DNA of 63,252 bases from Burkholderiales bacterium. Lineage in GTDB: Bacteria; Pseudomonadota; Gammaproteobacteria; Burkholderiales; SG8-41. The translations under genes and the position numbers were made by a program. The notes under the pieces are model-generated. The model was given only the letters and a program-made list of their open reading frames with translations, did no database searches and had not been told where the DNA came from. Shown one piece after another: positions 57,895 to 63,252 of this stretch. Location of the stretch: NCBI GenBank assembly GCA_050250695.1, contig JBFWOE010000005.1:1-63252 (forward strand), written 5' to 3'. Position 1 is the stretch's first letter. The number at the start of each line of letters is the position of its first letter.

Positions 57895-58605
57895 ATGAAT
57901 GCCGACAGGGTCCGGACCGGAACAGGTACGATGGTTGCGCTCAACGCGCGCCCGCAGGAAGTCGAAATCGACATCCAGCGCACGGCCATCGTGGTGGTGG
58001 ACATGCAGAATGCCTACGCCAGCAAGGGCGGCATGCTTGACCTGGGCACCGGCATCGATGAAGCCCGTATCGGCCCGGTCATCGCGGCCAACCAGCGCCT
58101 GCTGCCCGCGGCCCGGGCCGCGGGCGTCAAGGTGATCTACCTGCAGTTCGGCTACAAGCCCGACCTCAGCGACGCCGGCGGTCCGCAATCCCCCAACATC
58201 CGCAAGCAGATGGCGTTCCGCATGATCCGCGAGCGCCCGGCCGACCGCGACAAGCTGATCGTCCAGGGCACCTGGGGCTGGGAGATCATCGATGCCCTCA
58301 AGCCCGAGCCCGGCGACCTGGTGGTGCAGAAATCCCGCTACAGCGGCTTTGCCGGCACCACGCTGGAGAACCAGCTCAACGGCCTCGACATCCGCCACCT
58401 GCTGTTCACCGGCGTGGCGACCAACGTGTGCGTGGAGAGCACGGCACGCGAAGCCTACTTCCGGGAGTTCTGGCCCATCCTCATCGAGGATGCGATGGAC
58501 CACACCGGCCCTGACTTCGTGCGCCAGGCCACGCTCTACAACTTCGAGTCGAAGATGGGCTGGGTCACAAAGACGGACGACGTGCTGCGCATCCTGAAGG
58601 GTTGA
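57895..58605 (+). CDS. isochorismatase/cysteine hydrolase (RutB-like)
   Basis: VVDMQNAYASKGG, KSRYSGF, GVATNVCVEST. Confidence 0.9.
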   Translation: MNADRVRTGTGTMVALNARPQEVEIDIQRTAIVVVDMQNAYASKGGMLDLGTGIDEARIGPVIAANQRLLPAARAAGVKVIYLQFGYKPDLSDAGGPQSPNIRKQMAFRMIRERPADRDKLIVQGTWGWEIIDALKPEPGDLVVQKSRYSGFAGTTLENQLNGLDIRHLLFTGVATNVCVESTAREAYFREFWPILIEDAMDHTGPDFVRQATLYNFESKMGWVTKTDDVLRILKG

Positions 58606-58712
58606 GTAACACCCGCATCCCGGCGCGGTCGCGACACGCAGCCACGCCGGCGGGGATGATGCCGGGTCATGCCCGCCCGATCTGACGGCTGCACGCCACC
58701 GAGGCACACCGC

Positions 58713-59264
58713 ATGAGCTGGAAACTGCCCGAGAACTCCCTGTTCGCCATCCTGATGCGCAAGGACTGGTGGGTGAGCGCGCTGTGTGCGGTTGCCACCT
58801 ACGCGCTGGTGCAGAACTTCATGCCCTGGGGTTATGCGCTGTTCGCCACCACGCCCTTCACCATCATCACACTGATGGTGATCTGGAAACGGATCCGTGT
58901 GCCCAGCGGCGCGCGGCTGGAGCGCATGCTGGAAAAAATCCGCACCCTGTCGTGGGAGGAATTCGCATCGAAGCTGGAGGCCGCGTTCAGGGCCGAGGGT
59001 TTCAACGTGAAGCAGATCAAGGGCGCGGCGGATTTCGAGCTGGAGAACCTGGGTTACGTGACGCTGGTCAGTGCGCGGCGCTGGAAAGTGGTGCGCACGG
59101 GTGTCGAGCCGATCAAAGAACTGGTGGAGTACGGCGAAAAGCGCGACGCGCGGCAATGCCGCTACGTGGTGGCGGGCGAACTGACCGGGCAGGCGCGGAC
59201 GTACGCGAAGGAGCAGGGCGTGATGCTGGTGGAGGGCGCTGAATTGGTGAAACTGATTCGTTAA
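58713..59264 (+). CDS. membrane-anchored Mrr-like restriction endonuclease domain protein
   Basis: NSLFAILMR..WW, two TM segments, LSWEEF..AF..EGF, ADF, ARRWK. Confidence 0.75.
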   Translation: MSWKLPENSLFAILMRKDWWVSALCAVATYALVQNFMPWGYALFATTPFTIITLMVIWKRIRVPSGARLERMLEKIRTLSWEEFASKLEAAFRAEGFNVKQIKGAADFELENLGYVTLVSARRWKVVRTGVEPIKELVEYGEKRDARQCRYVVAGELTGQARTYAKEQGVMLVEGAELVKLIR

Positions 59265-59349
59265 TGTTAATTTATCCAGCAGCAAATCTGCGTGGGCAGC
59301 CTGTCGGCATTGCCGAGTCGACCAATTGAAAATGGTTTTCTGAATCCCG

Positions 59350-60294
59350 ATGAACACGGCACATAAAATCGGCAGGGGCCATTTCAATGTGGCTCGTGAA
59401 CAGGCCGATATTCCGTTTTCAACATTCTGCGAGCGATATTTCGATACGGAAACACCGGTTGTCATCGAAAAAGCCGGGGCAGACTGGCCAGCCGGGAAAG
59501 TATGGACCGAAAAATACGTGCACGACCAGCTGTCAAGGGATCCCTCGGCCAAATCGGCTTCGCTGTGGTACTGGATTGAAAAAGGAACGCTGGAAAAAGA
59601 CTACGAAACACCCCGGGTGGTGAGCGGGTTTGCCGGGCGCCCGGATATTTTTCCGCGCAACGAACTGATGCGGATATGGATACACAGGAGGGGCAACGTA
59701 TCCAGCTGGCACTATGACGCCAACATGGTGAATGTCCTGACCGTCCAGGTCATCGGGCAAAAGGAATGGTTTTTGGTGTCTCCGGAAACCCCGCTGGACT
59801 GCTATCCGTTCACGAATTTTGCGATTCTCGACGGCAACGATGAAAAGATATTCCGCCGGAGCATTTATACGAAGGTAATCCTCAACGCAGGCGACCTGCT
59901 GTATGTTCCCCCGCTCTGGTTCCACAAGGTTTATTCCCTCGGCGAGGAAAACATCAACCTCGACTGGATCTTCACAAAAAGGGAAACCGCGGTGTGCACC
60001 CGGACCCTGACCCGGGAACTGGAAAGATATTCGATCGAGGACTATTTTTCCCGGCACCGTTTCCGGTTTGTGCGCAATGCCTTCCAATTCATCAATTCAA
60101 GAATCCCGGGATATCTGCGCTGGAAGTGGCGTTATCCGGAAATGATCCGGACGCCGCTCACCCCCCGGCGCCTTGGCGGAGTCCGGCGGACTCTCAGTGA
60201 AATGGCCGTGCTGGGGAAGGTGTTGTGGCACGCCCAAAAAATTCGCCCCTATATCCGCAACCTGCGGCCGCCCAGGAGGCTGGAGGGCAGATAA
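59350..60294 (+). CDS. JmjC/cupin-like 2-oxoglutarate Fe(II) oxygenase
   Basis: PVVI...WPA, WHYD, QVIGQKEWFL, LNAGDLLYVPPLWFHKV. Confidence 0.85.
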   Translation: MNTAHKIGRGHFNVAREQADIPFSTFCERYFDTETPVVIEKAGADWPAGKVWTEKYVHDQLSRDPSAKSASLWYWIEKGTLEKDYETPRVVSGFAGRPDIFPRNELMRIWIHRRGNVSSWHYDANMVNVLTVQVIGQKEWFLVSPETPLDCYPFTNFAILDGNDEKIFRRSIYTKVILNAGDLLYVPPLWFHKVYSLGEENINLDWIFTKRETAVCTRTLTRELERYSIEDYFSRHRFRFVRNAFQFINSRIPGYLRWKWRYPEMIRTPLTPRRLGGVRRTLSEMAVLGKVLWHAQKIRPYIRNLRPPRRLEGR

Positions 60295-60776
60295 CAGTTT
60301 CGCGGCATGGCCCGCCGGCACGGACAGGCACGCAGCGGATGTTTTCGACGTGCAGGCCGGATTCACATGATCCAGAGAAAAGCCGCGACACCGAGTGATA
60401 TGAAAAACACGCAAAGGTGGAGCAAGGTCAGCAACCGGTAGCGCCGCGCCGGTCGCCTTGTCGTTGACCCAGAACGGCGCAACGCGCTTCCGGGCATCCG
60501 CCCGCGGTACAGCGTCATTGCCAGCTTCAGCTTTGGCGGCACCCTTGAATTTGCAGTAGGCAATGCCGCAAGACGGACATTGCCACGCCGGCGCCGTATC
60601 AGCGGCAGTGCGTGCGTGGCCGCACTTGGGGCGGACCGTGGGTGATGCAGCGTTCATCGGCGCCGGAATATGACCATAAAAAAGGGGATAACCAGGAGTT
60701 CGTTCCAGGTGGATGGAGAACTGGAGAACGTGGTCAGTCCCCTGTGGCGACGCGTTCCCGCGGCCGGTGCGCGTGA

Positions 60777-61370
60777 TCAGCGTTTGTGCTTGCCGACCGA
60801 CCAGCCGTGTTGCGTGATGTGCTTTTCGGCTTTCTCGACGGGATGATCTTCCAGCGGGGTCGCCATGGTGTCGTTCCAGCGGTTCATGAAACCGAAGTAC
60901 GATATCAGCGCGGTAATCTCGACGATCTGGCCTTCGTTCCAGTGTTTCTTCATTTGCTCAAACAGTTCGTCGCTGACGTCATTGGGTTGCGACGCCGCGG
61001 CAATGGAAAACTCCAGAGCGACACGTTCCGCATCGCTGAACAGCGGGCTGGTGCGGAATTCCCATACTTTTTCGAGTTTTTCCGCCGGTATGCCTTGCTG
61101 GAGAGACCCCCCAGCGTTGTGCGCCATTCAGTAATGGCAGCCGTGCGTGCGCGCCACCACATAGGCGAGCAGGCGTTTCAGGCCCAGCGACACTTCACCT
61201 TCGGCATCGAACACGGCGGCGGACAGGCCGCGCAACGCCATCACCAGCTTGGGCTTGCGCTGCATGATGAGCTGGCTGTTGGCAACATAATGATTGGCAG
61301 CGAGCTGCTTTTCGAACATCTCTTTCAGTTCCGGTGCTGCGCCGATGGGCAGCGGTTCAAGTCGGGCCAT
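60777..61370 (-). CDS. AhpD/CMD family peroxidase-like protein, predicted selenoprotein (C78-H-Y-U81; TGA 61130-61128), 197 aa
   Basis: ORFs 61370-61128 and 61127-60777 abut in frame: TGC CAT TAC TGA ATG GCG CAC = C-H-Y-U-M-A-H, matching the AhpD CxxCxxH motif; hairpin follows. Confidence 0.9.
61097..61115 (-). promoter_or_regulatory. candidate bacterial SECIS hairpin (AhpD-like gene)
   Basis: GCTGGGGG-GTC-TCTCCAGC: stem with two G-U pairs starting +13 after the TGA, loop G at +21. Confidence 0.72.
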
Positions 61371-61697
61371 TACAATCCTTTGATCGGTGGGGTTGAAACA
61401 GTGTGGTATGAGTCATTGGCCAGCATACAACAGAACGTTTAGGCAATGTGAAGGGGGACGAATGGCCAGGGATGAAAGCGACGACGCGGCCATAATACTG
61501 ATCGAGGGAAACCTCGAAATTTCCAGGGTCGAATTGTTGCGTAAAAATCGATCCCGGTGACTATTGAACGGACATGTCTCGCTGCCGCGCGGCATTGCGG
61601 TCGAAATCAACGGCGAGTTTGAACTGATCTGAAGCAGCGAATCAGGAAAAGCCAGTGTTCAAAAACAGGGGCTGGCCCCCTGCTTTTGTTTCCGCAG

Positions 61698-62666
61698 TTA
61701 ACGCTTGATATTCGCGTCCTTGATCAACTGCGTCCATTTGGCGATTTCGCTGGCCACTTCAGCCTGCAGAGCTTCCGGCGTGCTGCCGGCGACGTCGATG
61801 CCCAGGCTTTCGAGCTTTGCGCGCACGTCAGGCAGTTGCAGCACCGGAATCACTTCCCGGTTCAGCGTGGCGACGATGGGCTTCGGAGTGGCGGCGGGCG
61901 CGTAGAGCGCATAGTCCGTATACGACTCGAAGCCCTTCAACCCGGCCTCGCTCATCGTCGGCACCTGGGGCAACTGTGCCGAGCGATTTCGGCGCGCCAC
62001 ACCGAGCGCGCGCAGCCGCCCGGCCTTGATATGGGGCAGATGCGCCGGCAGGCTGTCGATGGCCAGCGATACCCGGCCGTCGATCAGGTCGGGCAGCAAT
62101 TGTGACGAGCCCTTGTAGGGCACATGCAGGATATTGATGCCGGCCATCTGTTTGAACATCTCGCCGGTGAGATGGATGAGTCCGCCGATACCGGATGACG
62201 CGAAACTCAACTGGCCGGGTTTGGCTTTTGCGAGCGCGACCAGTTCCTGCACCGAACTCACGCCGAGGCTGGGGGGCACTACCATCACGACCGTCCCGAA
62301 ACCAATCTTGCTGATCGGCGCCAGATCACGGCGCATGTCGTAGTTGAGCTTCGGGTAATAGGCGTGGGCGATGGCGAGGCCGATGACGGGTGCGGTCAGC
62401 AGCGTGTAACCATCGGGTGTGCTTTTCGCGGCAATCGAGGTGCCGAGCGTCGCGCCGGCGCCGGGGCGGTTGTCCACGACCATGGTCTGCCCCAGCCGGG
62501 CGCCGAGCTTTTCGCCGACGGTTCGTCCGACGATGTCGACACCGCCGCCCGCCGGGAAGGGCACGATCAGGCGTATGGGTTTGGTCGGATACTTCTGCTG
62601 GGCGTGTGCGCCGCCTGTGACAAGCAGCAGTCCAAGCACTGCGGAAATCAGCCAGTAAGCTCGCAT
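61698..62666 (-). CDS. Bug/TctC substrate-binding protein
   Basis: YPTKPIRLIVPFPAGGGVD, HVPYKG. Confidence 0.93.
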   Translation of the reverse strand: MRAYWLISAVLGLLLVTGGAHAQQKYPTKPIRLIVPFPAGGGVDIVGRTVGEKLGARLGQTMVVDNRPGAGATLGTSIAAKSTPDGYTLLTAPVIGLAIAHAYYPKLNYDMRRDLAPISKIGFGTVVMVVPPSLGVSSVQELVALAKAKPGQLSFASSGIGGLIHLTGEMFKQMAGINILHVPYKGSSQLLPDLIDGRVSLAIDSLPAHLPHIKAGRLRALGVARRNRSAQLPQVPTMSEAGLKGFESYTDYALYAPAATPKPIVATLNREVIPVLQLPDVRAKLESLGIDVAGSTPEALQAEVASEIAKWTQLIKDANIKR

Positions 62667-62817
62667 TGCATTCCCCCCCGGTTTGCATTTATTTTCTGAC
62701 GTTATTGGCCGGGAAGGTCGATTAACCCCTGCACCAGCCACGCTGCACCATCATAACCCGTTCATCGCGGCACCCGAAGCACTTCTACCGGCACAGACCT
62801 GACAGCGCGTATCCAGG

Positions 62818-63252
62818 TCATTTTTTCCCGGATTTTCCTGACTTTTTGTTCTTGGTTTTAGCCGGACCGACGGTATCCAGTTTCCCGGTGACCTTGACCT
62901 GCACATCGGTGACCACGCGGCGCAGCCAGTCGTGGTACAGGGTCATATCGGTTCCGGCAATGCCGCTGTCTATCCATTGAAGCTTGACGACGACTTGGGT
63001 GCCGGGCGATTTAAGGTCGTGATTCGGATACGCACATTTGATCTCGAACATGTTCTCCGGGGTGTTGTGGTGTAGAACCTGAGCCTCGATCTCGACTTTG
63101 CCGCGCATTTTCGGGAAATAGAATTCCACTGCGCGGACATGGGCCTCGGATTCTTCAATCGTGTGCCCTGTCGACTTGAAGACCACTTAGTCTCCGACAT
63201 GGAAACCGATGTAGGGAGGGACCCCGGGAAATTGCGGAAACTCGTTCTTCGC
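62818..63252 (-). CDS. hypothetical protein running off the window edge, with an in-frame TAA at 63189-63187
   Basis: Frame reads ...PPYIGFHVGD*VVFKSTGH...; Lys-rich tail; family not recognised. Confidence 0.45.

Noticed and set aside
58713-59264. Mrr-like protein as part of an anti-phage defence system
   Set aside because: Solitary, membrane-anchored, with a degenerate nuclease motif and no partner defence genes nearby.
61462-61632. Short plus-strand frame with an internal TGA (61558-61560) ending SLPRGIAVEINGEFELI
   Set aside because: It looks like a decayed RidA/YjgF C-terminal remnant; no +13/+21 hairpin or redox motif was seen, so it is not called a selenoprotein or a gene.
1-63252. 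tRNA (including tRNA-Sec), rRNA, CRISPR arrays, prophage and sel genes
   Set aside because: None recognised by eye; a covariance-model search would be needed to exclude small RNAs formally.

Overview
GC-rich bacterial chromosomal window, probably from a betaproteobacterium (eight Bug/TctC tripartite tricarboxylate transporter receptors). It is dense in catabolic and redox enzymes: CMD/AhpD, amidohydrolases, enolase-superfamily enzymes, cupins and racemases. The main hidden signal is three genes that the ORF track splits in two but that are single reading frames interrupted by an in-frame TGA at a redox-active Cys position. They are an OsmC-like protein (2768-3328, GF-U-LLTQ), a UGSC-family protein (18312-19988, U-G-T-C) and an AhpD/CMD protein (61370-60777, C-H-Y-U). 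In all three the TGA is followed by a hairpin that starts at +13 and has a G at +21 in its apical loop, so they are very probably selenoproteins with bacterial SECIS elements. No sel machinery genes lie in the window. Other elements are an internally deleted IS110 with a long 3' non-coding end (candidate bridge RNA), a small accessory islet (two toxin-antitoxin pairs and a MarR cassette bounded by a duplicated aminotransferase 3' end), a frameshifted SulP-STAS-cNMP gene, several operator arrays and a recurrent AT-rich intergenic motif. All family calls come from motif recognition by eye; no database searches were run.
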